In this document: positions 8,842 to 19,538 of the stretch, piece by piece | Position numbering within the stretch: position 1 is the stretch's first letter | Layout of the letters: the number at the start of each line of letters is the position of its first letter | Assembly (NCBI GenBank): GCA_963843145.1 | Contig: CAWJJC010000027.1 | Coordinates: forward strand, 421,829 to 485,828 | Source: an uncultured delta proteobacterium | Lineage (GTDB): Bacteria > Desulfobacterota > RBG-13-43-22 | DNA length: 64,000 nucleotides | Direction of reading: 5' to 3' | Notes under the pieces: generated by a model | Databases searched by the model: none | What the model was told of the DNA's origin: nothing | What the model saw: the letters and a program-made list of their open reading frames with translations, nothing else | Position numbers and translations under genes: made by a program

Positions 8842-9648
8842 TTAGGGCCGCTGACTTAGTATTCCCCGATGATAGGCTTCAATGTACTTGAGGCAGTAAC
8901 GGTCCTTAGCTAGCAGGACCTCGGCAGCGTAAATGAGGGCTACCATGGGGCGGTCTAACGGGTCCATAATAACGGCATCCAGTCCGCCTGCCACGCTAAG
9001 GACAACAAAGGCTCGGTTAAGCTGGCGCCGTTCCGGCAGACCATAAGATACATTGCTGAGGCCGGAAATAAAGTGCAAACCCGCAAAGTGCGAGCCCAGG
9101 ATCTTCATCAGGTCCAACGTGGCCAACACGCCGCCCGGACTGGTAGCAATAGAACGCACGAGGGGATCAAAATAGATGTCTTCCAGGGGAACGCCATCGG
9201 CCAACAGATCCTTTACCAATGCTAAGCCTACCTCCAGGGCCAGATTCTTGTCCTGGGGTACACCTCGGTCATCCATGCATAAGGCCACCACAGAGGCACC
9301 GTATTGCTTCACCAACGGTAATACCTGTTCATATCGTCGTTTCTCTCCGCTGATTGAATTGACCATTGGCTTGCCCTGATGAACGGCCAGTCCTGCGGCC
9401 AGAGCCAACGGATTGGGACTGTCCAGGCAGAGCGGCAAACCTACTGCTGACTGGACAATCCCAACTAGCCAGGCAAGCGCCTCAGGCTCGGTTTCGGCCG
9501 GCAAGGTGCCGCAATTTACATCCAGACTTTGTGCTCCGGCCCGAACCTGTCGAATGGCCTCCTCCCGGATTACGTCACTCTTTCTCCCTTCAACCGCACT
9601 ACTTATGCTTTTCCGGGTGGAATTAATCTTCTCGCCTATGATTAACAT
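8842..9648 (-). CDS. Methyltetrahydrofolate:corrinoid methyltransferase (AcsE/MT2-like, pterin-binding TIM barrel)
   Basis: MLIIGEKINSTRK, LDVN, CLDS, NSISGE, GLSNVSYGLP motifs. Confidence 0.9.
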   Translation of the reverse strand: MLIIGEKINSTRKSISSAVEGRKSDVIREEAIRQVRAGAQSLDVNCGTLPAETEPEALAWLVGIVQSAVGLPLCLDSPNPLALAAGLAVHQGKPMVNSISGEKRRYEQVLPLVKQYGASVVALCMDDRGVPQDKNLALEVGLALVKDLLADGVPLEDIYFDPLVRSIATSPGGVLATLDLMKILGSHFAGLHFISGLSNVSYGLPERRQLNRAFVVLSVAGGLDAVIMDPLDRPMVALIYAAEVLLAKDRYCLKYIEAYHRGILSQRP

Positions 9649-10280
9649 CAGCGCTCCTCAGCATAAATCCGTTTGCAAATATTCAACCCGGCCACGGCAT
9701 CCTCTGCATAAAAATCAGCGCCGGCAAACTGCCTCACCTGCTCATTGCAAGGTGTTCCGCCGATGATCACCTTAACGCAATCTTTGAGACCGGCCTGGCC
9801 GACCGCCTCCACCACAGCCTTCATCTGAGGATAGGCAAAATTCAATAAGGCGCTTAGGCCCAGGACCTTGGATCCCGTCTCTCGGAGAGCGGCCACAAAT
9901 TTTTCGGCCGGCACATCGACACCGAGATCAACGACTTCGAAACCAGACCCGCGCAGGAGCGTTATGACGATGTTCTTGCCAATATCATGGATGTCGCCTT
10001 TCACCGTTCCGATAACGACCTTTCCCAAAGAAGAGCTACCGCCTGCCTCTCGGAGCAATGGCTCCAATCGTTTCATGACGGTTTTGAGGATCTCCGCGGA
10101 GAAAATAAGCTGGCTGATAAAATACGTGCCGATGGAGAAAAGCTCTCCTACCGCAATCATGCCCTCGTCGCAGGCCTTGATTATTTCAAATGCCGGCACG
10201 CCTTCTTTGATCCTCTCCTCAACGAGATCGTAAAACTTCTTCTCGTCTAAATCGCGCAATGCCTGAGCAAGTTCATCCAT
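9648..10280 (-). CDS. Corrinoid (B12-binding) protein
   Basis: GTVKGDIHDIGKNIV (DxHxxG), DLGVDV, GLSALL, IIGG. Confidence 0.95.
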   Translation of the reverse strand: MDELAQALRDLDEKKFYDLVEERIKEGVPAFEIIKACDEGMIAVGELFSIGTYFISQLIFSAEILKTVMKRLEPLLREAGGSSSLGKVVIGTVKGDIHDIGKNIVITLLRGSGFEVVDLGVDVPAEKFVAALRETGSKVLGLSALLNFAYPQMKAVVEAVGQAGLKDCVKVIIGGTPCNEQVRQFAGADFYAEDAVAGLNICKRIYAEER

Positions 10281-10306
10281 TTTGCTTCCTCCCTTATATC
10301 AATTTC

Positions 10307-11671
10307 TTACAACGCCCACTGCCAGAGCCAGATGTAGGCCATACTCTCGAACATTTCCCAAGGCTTCTGGATCAAACCTTCTTCACCCATAACCCCACCG
10401 ATTTCGGTTGATTTCACCTCCCAGGGTGTAACCATTTTCGGGAACTTGAAGGCCCTGATTTCACCTGGAGGAGCTGCCTTGGGCTTAGGTTTAATACTTT
10501 TGTCGTAAACCCCGAATTCCATCACTCCATCGATCATGGCGCGAAAATTTTCAGGCTTTGTGGTGTAAGGGATGCCGCAACCTCCGTTGACTATAAAGCC
10601 GCCTCCCTGGCCCACGATTTCACATAAGTGCTTCACCTGCTGGCGCATCTCTTCTGGAGTCCCGAGGATAAACTGGGAATCCTTAATCCCGCCCGCTAAA
10701 CACTGGTGATGACCGATCTCTTTCTTGGCATTAAAAATATCGCCCTGATTGTCGATGTCGCAAAGGACCTTGCCCCTGGGCAGTTCCAGCATATGATGCC
10801 AGTGATGACTCCAGTCACCTTCCAGGTAGGCGCGGACTGTGTGGCCTGCCCCAATTATTATCTCCAGGACCCTCTTAAAGGAAGGCCAGTAGAACCTGTC
10901 GAACTCCTGGGGTGAGAGGAAGCAGGCCTTGTGGGTGGGCACGAAAATGGGCCACCGTCTGAGCGGATCGGCCATGGCCAGCGCGAGATTGGCCATTTCA
11001 TTAACCAGGACGTCACAGGCGGCTACGACCTTATCTGGCTGCCGGTAACAGTCCATGAGGGTGCCCGTCAACCCGCGCATACCATCGGCCAGAACATCAA
11101 AGGGGGCTAGGAAGAAGCCCGCCATGGGTTGGGGCATGCCTACCTCGTTTTGCAAATGGATGGCCCGGTTCCTCATGATCTGGCCCAGCATCACTTGGGC
11201 CATTCCGCCCTTGAGGAAGGCCAGGTAAGAGCGTATGGAACCTCTCTCTCCATATTCGCCAAGTATCCTGGGCAACCAGCGGTCAAAAAGGAATTCAACG
11301 GGATTGTTAATCAGCAGGCCGTACTCGTCGGCCTTCATGTATTCCTCTTCCACAAATTGAAACTGGTTTCGAGGTGGCAGGTCCCGGCCCGGCAGCTTGT
11401 AGGTTTTCAATCCGACGGCGTCAAAGAGCGGACCATAAATGCGGTTGTCCCTCAGCACATCTACCTCGGGAAAAGCGCGGCAGAAATCCACTTCCGCCTG
11501 GAGCCACTTTTCACTATCGTAGATCGTTTCTTGGTTCGTGTTGCCAGAGTAGACCTCAGCAAAATAGTTGCTGCCAGGTGCGATCGGCACGCGATCTGTC
11601 GGCTCCAGGGCAACGGCCGCCTGGTAGCGGCCCAATCTTTCGTCAAAAAGTGCTTTTGCATCTTGGGACAT
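10307..11671 (-). CDS. Uroporphyrinogen decarboxylase-fold substrate:corrinoid methyltransferase (MT1, O-demethylase-like)
   Basis: DRVP at the N-terminus, FLSPQEFDRFYWPSFK, YLEGDW, GGGFIVNGGCGIP...KPEN; adjacent to corrinoid and MT2 genes; ATG at 11671 has a GGAGG RBS. Confidence 0.85.
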   Translation of the reverse strand: MSQDAKALFDERLGRYQAAVALEPTDRVPIAPGSNYFAEVYSGNTNQETIYDSEKWLQAEVDFCRAFPEVDVLRDNRIYGPLFDAVGLKTYKLPGRDLPPRNQFQFVEEEYMKADEYGLLINNPVEFLFDRWLPRILGEYGERGSIRSYLAFLKGGMAQVMLGQIMRNRAIHLQNEVGMPQPMAGFFLAPFDVLADGMRGLTGTLMDCYRQPDKVVAACDVLVNEMANLALAMADPLRRWPIFVPTHKACFLSPQEFDRFYWPSFKRVLEIIIGAGHTVRAYLEGDWSHHWHHMLELPRGKVLCDIDNQGDIFNAKKEIGHHQCLAGGIKDSQFILGTPEEMRQQVKHLCEIVGQGGGFIVNGGCGIPYTTKPENFRAMIDGVMEFGVYDKSIKPKPKAAPPGEIRAFKFPKMVTPWEVKSTEIGGVMGEEGLIQKPWEMFESMAYIWLWQWAL

Positions 11672-11836
11672 GGCATCGCCTCCTCCATTTTTTTTAGGAT
11701 AACCCCTAGCCAAAAAGTTTTGAAATTTTTTTGGCTGTAACCAGAACTACTTTAAAAGGTTCAAGGAACGTTCTTTTATATTAGATTCTCACATCCATGG
11801 TTAGAGACGAATCATCAGAGCAATGGATAAAAGAAT

Positions 11837-12631
11837 CTACCACGATTCGTTCCCACTGAACGCCTTATCCCCCGAATAGATTCTGATTACCTCTGGGTTG
11901 TTCAATACTACTTCGGGTTTTCCCTCTGTAATTTTGGTGCCAAAGTTAAGCACGACGATCCAATCGGCAAGGTCGCTCACCATCTGCATATCATGTTCAA
12001 CCCAAACCATGGTCATCCCCATCTCATGTTTGATCCTGAGCATGAAGCGGGCAAGGTCTTCCTTTTCCTGGCGGTTCATCCCAGCAGATGGCTCATCCAG
12101 TAAAAGTATCTGAGGTTCTATGGCCAGGGCCCTCCCAAGGCCTATGATCTTCTGAATGCCATAAGGTAAGTCCGAGACCATTCTCTTACGGTACCTCTGC
12201 AGTTCGAGAAAATAGATAATTTCCTCTGCCGCCTCCCGCTGCTCCAGCTCTTCCTTCAAAGTCTTTCCCCAGAAGAGGCCGTTCGATAGGAGACCTCCCC
12301 GTATTTTCAGGTGTCTGCCTATGAGAAGGTTGTCGAGAACCGTCAGATGCGGGAAGAGCTCTACATGCTGAAAAGTTCGTGCGATGCCAGCCTTGGCCAC
12401 TTCGTGGGGCTTTGCTTTCGCCAGGTTGATGCCGTTGAAGATAATTGTCCCCTCCGTAGGAGGGTAAATGCCGCTTATACAGTTGAAGGCGCTCGTTTTC
12501 CCTGCGCCATTCGGACCTATGAGGGCGAGCAACTCCCCACTGTGGACATCCATAGAGATATTATTGAGGATCCCCAGGCCCCGCACAGAGAAACTTAAGG
12601 ACTTTAGGCTCAAATGGATCGGCCTATCCAT
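11837..12631 (-). CDS. ABC transporter ATP-binding protein (LivG-like)
   Basis: GPNGAGKT, ARTFQ, LPYG, LLLDEP, VEHDM. Confidence 0.9.
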   Translation of the reverse strand: MDRPIHLSLKSLSFSVRGLGILNNISMDVHSGELLALIGPNGAGKTSAFNCISGIYPPTEGTIIFNGINLAKAKPHEVAKAGIARTFQHVELFPHLTVLDNLLIGRHLKIRGGLLSNGLFWGKTLKEELEQREAAEEIIYFLELQRYRKRMVSDLPYGIQKIIGLGRALAIEPQILLLDEPSAGMNRQEKEDLARFMLRIKHEMGMTMVWVEHDMQMVSDLADWIVVLNFGTKITEGKPEVVLNNPEVIRIYSGDKAFSGNESW

Positions 12632-13439
12632 AGCATCTCCTGGTACGCCGGTACTGTTTCACCGCGGCATAGCTCCTCCTTGAGTCCTTTTGTCCTTGTC
12701 CCAAGTAAAAGTCCTTGATATTTTGATCATTTTTGAGCATATCCCGATTCCCGGCTAGGACGATGCGGCCGTTTTCAATTACATAGCCATAGTCGGCTAT
12801 TTCGAGAGCGGCCACCGCATTCTGTTCCACCAGGAGTATGGAAATTCCCTGCTCATTGCAGATCAACTTGAGGAGATTCATGAGTTCCCTTACTATGATG
12901 GGTGCCAGCCCAAGAGAAAGCTCATCAACGAGCAACAATCGGGGCTGGCAGAGAAGCGCCGTTGCCAGGGCCAACATCTGTCGTTCCCCTCCGCTTAGAT
13001 AGCCGGCCAGGCGGTTTCGGACCTTTCCGAGAAGTGGAAAATATTCAAAGACGCGTTGGTGGAGGATGGGGTTATGCGCCTTTCCGGTGCAGGGAACAGC
13101 AATTTCGAGGTTTTCTTCGACGGTGAGGCTTTCGAACACCTTATCGCGCTCCGGTACGAGGACAAGACCTTTCTGGGCGATTTGGTGGGGGAACTTTCCT
13201 TGAATCTGCTCTCCTCGAAAAGTTATAAACCCCTCGGTTACCTTGGCATTATCCACCCCGAGGAACCCCGATATGGCCCGCAGGGTCGTCGTCTTCCCCG
13301 CCCCGTTGACACCCAGAAGGGCCACAATCCGATTTCTTGCTACACCGAGGGATACACCCTGAACAGCAGTTGACACGTTATGGTAGACCACTTCCAGGTT
13401 TTCCACGGCGAGAAGGATTTCGTCCCTATCGTCAGTCAT
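12624..13439 (-). CDS. ABC transporter ATP-binding protein (LivF-like)
   Basis: GVNGAGKT, LSGGERQ, DELSLGLAP, VEQN. Confidence 0.9.
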   Translation of the reverse strand: MTDDRDEILLAVENLEVVYHNVSTAVQGVSLGVARNRIVALLGVNGAGKTTTLRAISGFLGVDNAKVTEGFITFRGEQIQGKFPHQIAQKGLVLVPERDKVFESLTVEENLEIAVPCTGKAHNPILHQRVFEYFPLLGKVRNRLAGYLSGGERQMLALATALLCQPRLLLVDELSLGLAPIIVRELMNLLKLICNEQGISILLVEQNAVAALEIADYGYVIENGRIVLAGNRDMLKNDQNIKDFYLGQGQKDSRRSYAAVKQYRRTRRCYG

Positions 13440-13444
13440 CGGCG

Positions 13445-14506
13445 CTATCTTCCTAAAGGTTTGTATTTGAACGGCCACATCAGGAAATAATTCTTGATCC
13501 GATTCCAGATGCCCACAAGGCCGCTCGGCTCAAGAAGAAGAAAAATAATCATGATGAGCCCGAAACTCCCATACTTGACGGCAGAAATATAGGTAGTGAA
13601 CCGCGTCGGGATCGAAAACGTACTGGCCGCCATATCGATGAGATAGGGGAGGAGCACAATAAAGATTGTGCCGAATATGGTCCCGAGAATGGAGCCCAGA
13701 CCTCCAATAATGATGATGGCAACATACTCGATGGTGGTGAACAGTGAAAAGGCCTCAACGGACACGAACCCCCGATAATAGGCGAAGAGACCTCCCGCGA
13801 TAGAGGTAATGGTCGAACTGACCATAAACGCCGAAACCTTATAGAAGGAAACATTGACTCCCAAGGCTTCGGCAGCTACGTCCCTGTCCCGGATGGCCAC
13901 CCAGGCCCGACCTGTTTTGGATCGGAGCAGGTTCATCGAAAAAAGAATAAGCAAAAGGTCTGCAGCCAGAAACGCAAAGTACCAGACTACGGGGTTTTCT
14001 ATGATGAAAGGCCCTATTTTCGGTGGGTCTATCACAACGCCGGTGGCGAACTCTCTTCGTGTCTGGTACTCGGAGCCAAGATAAATGACGATAAAATGGA
14101 GCGCCATGGTACTCAGCGCTAGATACAACCCTTTAAGGCGCAACGAGGGAAAACCAAAAATGAACCCCAGAATGGCCCCTATCAATCCAGAGGCGGGCAG
14201 CGTAATCCAGATGGGTGCCTGCACCTCTTTGAAAAGTATGGCTGTGGTGAACGCACCCGCTGCCAGCAATCCAGCATGCCCTAACGATATCTGTCCCGCA
14301 TATCCCGTCAGAAGCATCAGGGCAAGCGCCCCGATCAGAGTAAGAAAAATCTGGGCAGCTAGGTCAATTCCAAAGGCAGTAGTGAAAAAGGGGAAGGCCA
14401 GAAGGCCCGTGCCCAGTAATGCCAGCAGTACCCACCTGTTCCTCGTTTCCACCAAGGACAAATCTTCTCGATAACTTGTCTTCACACCTCCGTTTGAATA
14501 GGCCAT
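13445..14506 (-). CDS. ABC transporter permease (LivM-like)
   Basis: GYAGQISLGHA, LRLKGLYLAL, IIIGGLGS; multiple TM segments. Confidence 0.9.
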   Translation of the reverse strand: MAYSNGGVKTSYREDLSLVETRNRWVLLALLGTGLLAFPFFTTAFGIDLAAQIFLTLIGALALMLLTGYAGQISLGHAGLLAAGAFTTAILFKEVQAPIWITLPASGLIGAILGFIFGFPSLRLKGLYLALSTMALHFIVIYLGSEYQTRREFATGVVIDPPKIGPFIIENPVVWYFAFLAADLLLILFSMNLLRSKTGRAWVAIRDRDVAAEALGVNVSFYKVSAFMVSSTITSIAGGLFAYYRGFVSVEAFSLFTTIEYVAIIIIGGLGSILGTIFGTIFIVLLPYLIDMAASTFSIPTRFTTYISAVKYGSFGLIMIIFLLLEPSGLVGIWNRIKNYFLMWPFKYKPLGR

Positions 14507-15385
14507 TTATACCCTGTCCAATTCTTCCTTAGTGCCGAAAAGCCCCCATGGTCTGACAAGCAGCATGCACAAGAGCACAAAAAAAGGAGCAGCTTCGCTT
14601 ACTTCGGGACTTATATAATTTATAGCTAGAATCTCCGCCAGGGCAACAATGAGGGCGCCGGGGATTACTCCTGCCAGACTGTCCAGTCCACCGACGAGGA
14701 CAACAGGGAAGGCCTTAAGCCCGATGACAAACAGGTTTGGCTCAAGACCGCTGTCGCAGGCCTGGATCATCCCGGCAAAACCTGCTGCAAAGACAGCTAT
14801 CGCCCAAGAGATGGCATAGTAAAGATGGAGCCTTATGCCCCTCTGGGAGGATAGCAGGGGGTTTTCTCCTACGGCACGCATTCGGAGACCCCATCGGGTA
14901 AATTTCAAGCCGAAGAAAAGACCTGTATACAGCACAATGGAGCTGACGACGGTGACCAAACCGAAGGTGGAAACAACGGCCCCCTTCATCAGGGTATAGG
15001 AGACGTTCTTAAGGCCAAGCTGCTCAAGGGGATGCAAGGCCTGGGCGGTCCAGATCAGCGTGATGAGGCCCCGCAGGAGAATTCCCAGTGATATGGTGAC
15101 GAGAACGCCTGCGAAAATAGATTTACCCGAGATAAAACGCATGAGAAAAAAATAAATGAGGAAACCCAGTACCAAGCTAAGGATACAGGCTCCTACAAAA
15201 GCAACCATGGGGTGAACCCCCACCCACAGTGCCGAGGTAAAAAGAAAGTAACCGCCCATGGCCATGAGTTCTCCGTGGGCTAGGTTCAACACACGGCTCA
15301 CTTTGTATATGAGAACATAGCCACAACAGATCAGAGAATAAAGTGCGGTAAGCACGACGACATTGACGGCTAATTGCATAAACAT
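14507..15385 (-). CDS. ABC transporter permease (LivH-like)
   Basis: LNLAHGE, GLRMRAVGEN, VLVGGLDS, LLVRPWGLFG. Confidence 0.9.
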   Translation of the reverse strand: MFMQLAVNVVVLTALYSLICCGYVLIYKVSRVLNLAHGELMAMGGYFLFTSALWVGVHPMVAFVGACILSLVLGFLIYFFLMRFISGKSIFAGVLVTISLGILLRGLITLIWTAQALHPLEQLGLKNVSYTLMKGAVVSTFGLVTVVSSIVLYTGLFFGLKFTRWGLRMRAVGENPLLSSQRGIRLHLYYAISWAIAVFAAGFAGMIQACDSGLEPNLFVIGLKAFPVVLVGGLDSLAGVIPGALIVALAEILAINYISPEVSEAAPFFVLLCMLLVRPWGLFGTKEELDRV

Positions 15386-15454
15386 AATGGATTAATATAG
15401 TTATAAATCATTACAGTTTTTCGCCTACGACCTGGAGATATTCAACCTAATTGA

Positions 15455-15554
15455 ATTATAATTTACATGATATTGATATGTCAATAACTTTTTTTAACAT
15501 AAATCCTAATATCCTCTTTTTTTCTTGACATATTATAATTTTATTAGGTAATAT
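15455..15554. promoter_or_regulatory. Back-to-back sigma70 promoters in an AT-rich divergent spacer; palindrome TATTGA-N4-TCAATA (15471..15486) is a candidate TetR operator
   Basis: Minus strand TTGACA-18-TATAAT toward livH; plus strand TTGACA(15525)-18-TAATAT toward tetR. Confidence 0.55.
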
Positions 15555-15695
15555 GTATTTAAATAGATAGATTATTCATTTTTTATTAATAAATTATAAT
15601 ATTATTAGGAATAGTTTATTTAAAAAGACAATTATATCTTAAAGATCCTGGAATGTTAGGTAACTATATTATTTAATTAGCTTAGGAATAGACCG

Positions 15696-16295
15696 ATGCC
15701 AACTGACAAGTCTTCAAAAGACAGTACGAAGGACCGAATTCTGAAGGCCGCCACAAAGCTCTTCGCTGAACAGGGATACCAGGCCACTATTGTCGACATT
15801 TCCAAAGAGGCAGGCTATTCCGAGGCAGCTCTGTACGAGTATTTTCAGGGCAAGGAAGAGTTGCTCCTTACCATCCCCCACATGTGGGTCGTTGATGGGA
15901 TTGAGGAATTGAAAGAACAGTTGTTCGGTATAAAAGGAGCCTTTAATAAGCTTAGAAAGTTCCTCTGGTGGTATATGCGGTATATTGAAAAGGCCCCGCT
16001 CACCGCCAAGGTGGTTTTTCTCCATATTAAAGTGAACCGGAATTTTGTTGATACCGAGGTCTACTCCCACGTAAAGACCTTTTATGCCTCCCTTATCGAC
16101 ATATTTGAAGAGGGGAAGCAGTCAGGTGAGATTAGGAGCGATTTGAACCCCTTCGTGGCGAGAAGCATCTTCATCGGGACCATCGAGCATATGACTATCC
16201 GCTGGCTGCTGAAAGATATGACCTATTCACTTTTCGATACACTTGAGGAGACCTTTGACCTCCTTGTGGATGGCTTACGACCGCCGAACTCATGA
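15696..16295 (+). CDS. TetR/AcrR family regulator (FadR/YsiA-like)
   Basis: ILKAATKLFAEQGY...ISKEAGYSEAALYEYFQGKEELL HTH. Confidence 0.9.
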   Translation: MPTDKSSKDSTKDRILKAATKLFAEQGYQATIVDISKEAGYSEAALYEYFQGKEELLLTIPHMWVVDGIEELKEQLFGIKGAFNKLRKFLWWYMRYIEKAPLTAKVVFLHIKVNRNFVDTEVYSHVKTFYASLIDIFEEGKQSGEIRSDLNPFVARSIFIGTIEHMTIRWLLKDMTYSLFDTLEETFDLLVDGLRPPNS

Positions 16296-16341
16296 GCGGA
16301 CTCCATAGGATGCAGGAGGATTGGGGTTTAAAAAGAGAGAA

Positions 16342-18243
16342 ATGGAAGCACTGAAAAAGTATGAGGAACTGAGAAATAAGACAGTTCCTGGGCTCTTGCG
16401 AGAGCGGGCACGCACCAGGCCAGATGGAGTTGCCTATCTTTCAAAGAAAAAAGGGATCTACCAGAAACGGACCTGGTCGGAATTCCACGGGATGGTTGCT
16501 GGCTGTGCCATAGCTTTCATGGGTCTAGGCCTTCGGAAAGGCCATCGTCTTGCCCTTATGGGAGACCCCTCGGCGGAATATGTTATTGCAGAACTGGCAG
16601 CCCAATGCCTCGGGGCCGTTACCTACGGCATTTACCCCACCTCCTCACAAAAAGAGCTTTGTTACCTCCTGGGGGACGGCGGCGCATCCATTTTTGTGGC
16701 AGAAAACCATGAATATGTGGATAGGCTCTTACCCATCCTTGAAGGTCTGAAACAACTGAAACAGATCATAGTGATCGATACGAAGGGGATGTTCACTTAC
16801 CGCCACCCTCTGCTTACCTCCTTTGAGGACCTCATGCTCGAAGGCAAGAATCGACTCTCATCGGAACAAAAGGCCTTTGACGAATATGTGAGTAGGGTGG
16901 CCCCCACTGACGGACTCTCCATCATCTATACATCGGGCACTACGGGAAATCCCAAAGGGGTACTGGTCAGCCACGGCAAGCATCTTGCCGCCGCTTATAC
17001 TTTTTTAGACCGTTACCCGATCCTGGCCAAGTGCCCGCATAGGACCGTTGTTTATCTCCCCCTCTGCCACATCGTCGGGAAGGTGGTGGCTATAACGCTG
17101 CCCCTTTTGGCTGACCTGATTCCTCATTACGGCGAGGACATCGTAGATCTCGAGCAGACGATTTTCGATACGGGTCCTACCGTGTTGTTTACCGTACCTA
17201 GGTACGTTCAGAAGTTTGCTTCCAAAGTACTTGTGGGGATTCAGAACACCAGTGGCTTCAAGAAGATTTTGTACCATCTTGCACTTGCCCTCGGCCGAAA
17301 GTACGCAAGAAACCTTTGGGAGGGCAGACAGAGTATCCTGGTTTCATTGGGATATTTCCTAGCCTCTTGGACCATCTTCAAGCCCATCTTAAACCAGATC
17401 GGCTTCGACAAGGTCAGGCTCCTCCTCTCCGTAGGTGCACCCCTCTCGCCAGAACTCGCCGTATTATGGCAGATTTACGGTGTCAATCTTTCGGATATTT
17501 ATGGGCAGACTGAAACTGGCGGCGCTATCATAGCCTCCCAAGGGCAAAGTTTCCCCAGACCCGGCGATGTGGGAGTGCCACCGACGGGATGGGAGGTCGG
17601 GCTGGGCGAGAATCGAGAGATTCTAGTAAGAGGACAGGATCTCTTCGAAGGATACTGGAATAATCCGACCATGACACAGGCCGTATTAGATAATGACGGA
17701 TGGCTCCATACCGGCGATACCGGTGAATGGACACCAAAGGGACAGTTACGTATTCTTGACCGCCTCCGGGACATCATAGTTACTTCCGGAGGGAAGACCT
17801 TGAGTCCCACTTCGATAGAAAGCTCGCTACGGGCAAGCCCCTATATCAATGAGGCTGTCGTCTTTGGTCATAATCGGAATTACATAACCGCCCTCATCGA
17901 AATTGACTTTGAAACCGTCTCCGCCTGGGCTAGGCTTCACAATGTTACGTATACGGGTTTTAGTGATCTAAGCGGGAATGCGCAAATACTCCGCCTGGTC
18001 GACGATGAGATAGACAAGGCCAATGCGGACCTGGCCCGGGTGGCCCAGGTAAAGGATTTCCGTATCTTGCCTCAGGAACTCGATCCCTGGCACGATGAGG
18101 AGCCCATAACACCTACCAGAAAGGTGAAGCGGGACCTTATGTATCAGAAGTATGAAAAGCTGATCGAGTCGATGTACACTGATAAACAGGAGGAAGGGCT
18201 GGTTACCTCCGAAATCGGGGATCTGCTGTTGTCGAACTCCTGA
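16342..18243 (+). CDS. Long-chain acyl-CoA synthetase (AMP-binding, ABC-transporter-associated type)
   Basis: YTSGTTGNPKG, YGQTE, WLHTGD, TPTRKVKR; start uncertain (16321 or 16342). Confidence 0.88.
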   Translation: MEALKKYEELRNKTVPGLLRERARTRPDGVAYLSKKKGIYQKRTWSEFHGMVAGCAIAFMGLGLRKGHRLALMGDPSAEYVIAELAAQCLGAVTYGIYPTSSQKELCYLLGDGGASIFVAENHEYVDRLLPILEGLKQLKQIIVIDTKGMFTYRHPLLTSFEDLMLEGKNRLSSEQKAFDEYVSRVAPTDGLSIIYTSGTTGNPKGVLVSHGKHLAAAYTFLDRYPILAKCPHRTVVYLPLCHIVGKVVAITLPLLADLIPHYGEDIVDLEQTIFDTGPTVLFTVPRYVQKFASKVLVGIQNTSGFKKILYHLALALGRKYARNLWEGRQSILVSLGYFLASWTIFKPILNQIGFDKVRLLLSVGAPLSPELAVLWQIYGVNLSDIYGQTETGGAIIASQGQSFPRPGDVGVPPTGWEVGLGENREILVRGQDLFEGYWNNPTMTQAVLDNDGWLHTGDTGEWTPKGQLRILDRLRDIIVTSGGKTLSPTSIESSLRASPYINEAVVFGHNRNYITALIEIDFETVSAWARLHNVTYTGFSDLSGNAQILRLVDDEIDKANADLARVAQVKDFRILPQELDPWHDEEPITPTRKVKRDLMYQKYEKLIESMYTDKQEEGLVTSEIGDLLLSNS

Positions 18244-18328
18244 TAGTGTGCCTTGAGCGATCAGGGAGGTCAATAGCAAACTGCTGGTTGATTTCAGACA
18301 ATAAAAAAATATTAAGGAGGACTGAACC

Positions 18329-19504
18329 ATGTTACGGAAAGGAATGTATGGATTTTTGCTGGTGGTATGTCTCTTGGCTTTGTGCTGGGGTCCTGCCTAC
18401 GCGCAGGAAGGCTATGTCGTCGGATTCAATCTCGCCATAACAGGTTTCGGTGCTGAGACCTATGCACCGATAAAGGATGCATTTGACGCCTATTTCAAGG
18501 ACGTAAATGCCAGGGGGGGCATAAACGGACATCCCGTCAAAATTATCTATGAGGACGACACTTCACAGCCATCCAAGGCGGCGGCCAATGCAAAAAAGCT
18601 AATCTACCAGGATAAAGTCATTCTGCTCATGAACGCCAGTTTGTCCAGTACCTTTCCGCCCACGGTCAGCACTGCAAAACAGGCGAAGGTGCCCGTCTTT
18701 TTCGCCGGCGCGGTCTGTCCGCCGGAGGTATATCCTCCACACCCTGACCCTTATCAATTCTGCTCTACGGCATTCTCCATGAAGAATGACAGTCGATTTG
18801 CCATTTCTTTCATTAAGCAGCAGACCAAACCGCCTTTCAAGCTTGGACTTGTCGCGATGAACATACCTATCTCTCGGGGAGAGATTGATTTTGCAGAGGA
18901 GCTCTCCAAGACGATGAATATCACGGTGGCAGATAAAGAGATAATCCCGCCGCCGACTGCCGATTTTACACCCTTTGCCACTAAACTAAAAAACGCAGAC
19001 CCTGAGTGGGTTTATGCCTGGGCTCCCTGGGGACACGAAATAAAGACCTTGGAAGCCCTTCGCAAACTCGGTTGGAAGGGCGAATATTTGTCCTGGGCCC
19101 ATTTACAAGCGGAAGATGAACTTGCCAGATTGAAGGACGACAACCTCTACGTATTTGGAACGAATGCCTTTTTTTCGGAAAACCTCGAAGTGCACAAGAA
19201 AATAAAGTCCGCGGCGAGTAGCCAGAAAACGATCTACCCATTTACCCAGTTGACCGAAGGATGGGTCGGGGCTACCGTCCTTGAGGACATTCTAAAGAAT
19301 ACATCTTGGCCGCCGACTCCGGAAAAGGTGCGACTTGCCATGAATCATGTTAAGGCTGATATGAAGGGGCTCAAGGGCGGACCCCTCGTATGGACGGAGA
19401 ACAACCATTTCCGAACAGTAAATTATTATAGGGTTTACAAATGGGACTCTAAGAAGAACGGAATCGTAATAATCAAAGACTGGACACCGATGGAGATTAA
19501 ATAA
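18329..19504 (+). CDS. ABC transporter substrate-binding protein (LivJ/Peripla_BP_6 type)
   Basis: Signal peptide; NARGGINGHPVKIIYEDD; DFTPFATKLK. Confidence 0.9.
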   Translation: MLRKGMYGFLLVVCLLALCWGPAYAQEGYVVGFNLAITGFGAETYAPIKDAFDAYFKDVNARGGINGHPVKIIYEDDTSQPSKAAANAKKLIYQDKVILLMNASLSSTFPPTVSTAKQAKVPVFFAGAVCPPEVYPPHPDPYQFCSTAFSMKNDSRFAISFIKQQTKPPFKLGLVAMNIPISRGEIDFAEELSKTMNITVADKEIIPPPTADFTPFATKLKNADPEWVYAWAPWGHEIKTLEALRKLGWKGEYLSWAHLQAEDELARLKDDNLYVFGTNAFFSENLEVHKKIKSAASSQKTIYPFTQLTEGWVGATVLEDILKNTSWPPTPEKVRLAMNHVKADMKGLKGGPLVWTENNHFRTVNYYRVYKWDSKKNGIVIIKDWTPMEIK

Positions 19505-19538
19505 CCTATTGGACCCTTTAAATGATCCCTGGCAGATA

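Noticed and set aside
10307-11671. True uroporphyrinogen decarboxylase (hemE) or a pyrrolysine methyltransferase
   Set aside because: Context with corrinoid and MT2 genes indicates a methyltransferase; it is not MttB-like and has no in-frame TAG.
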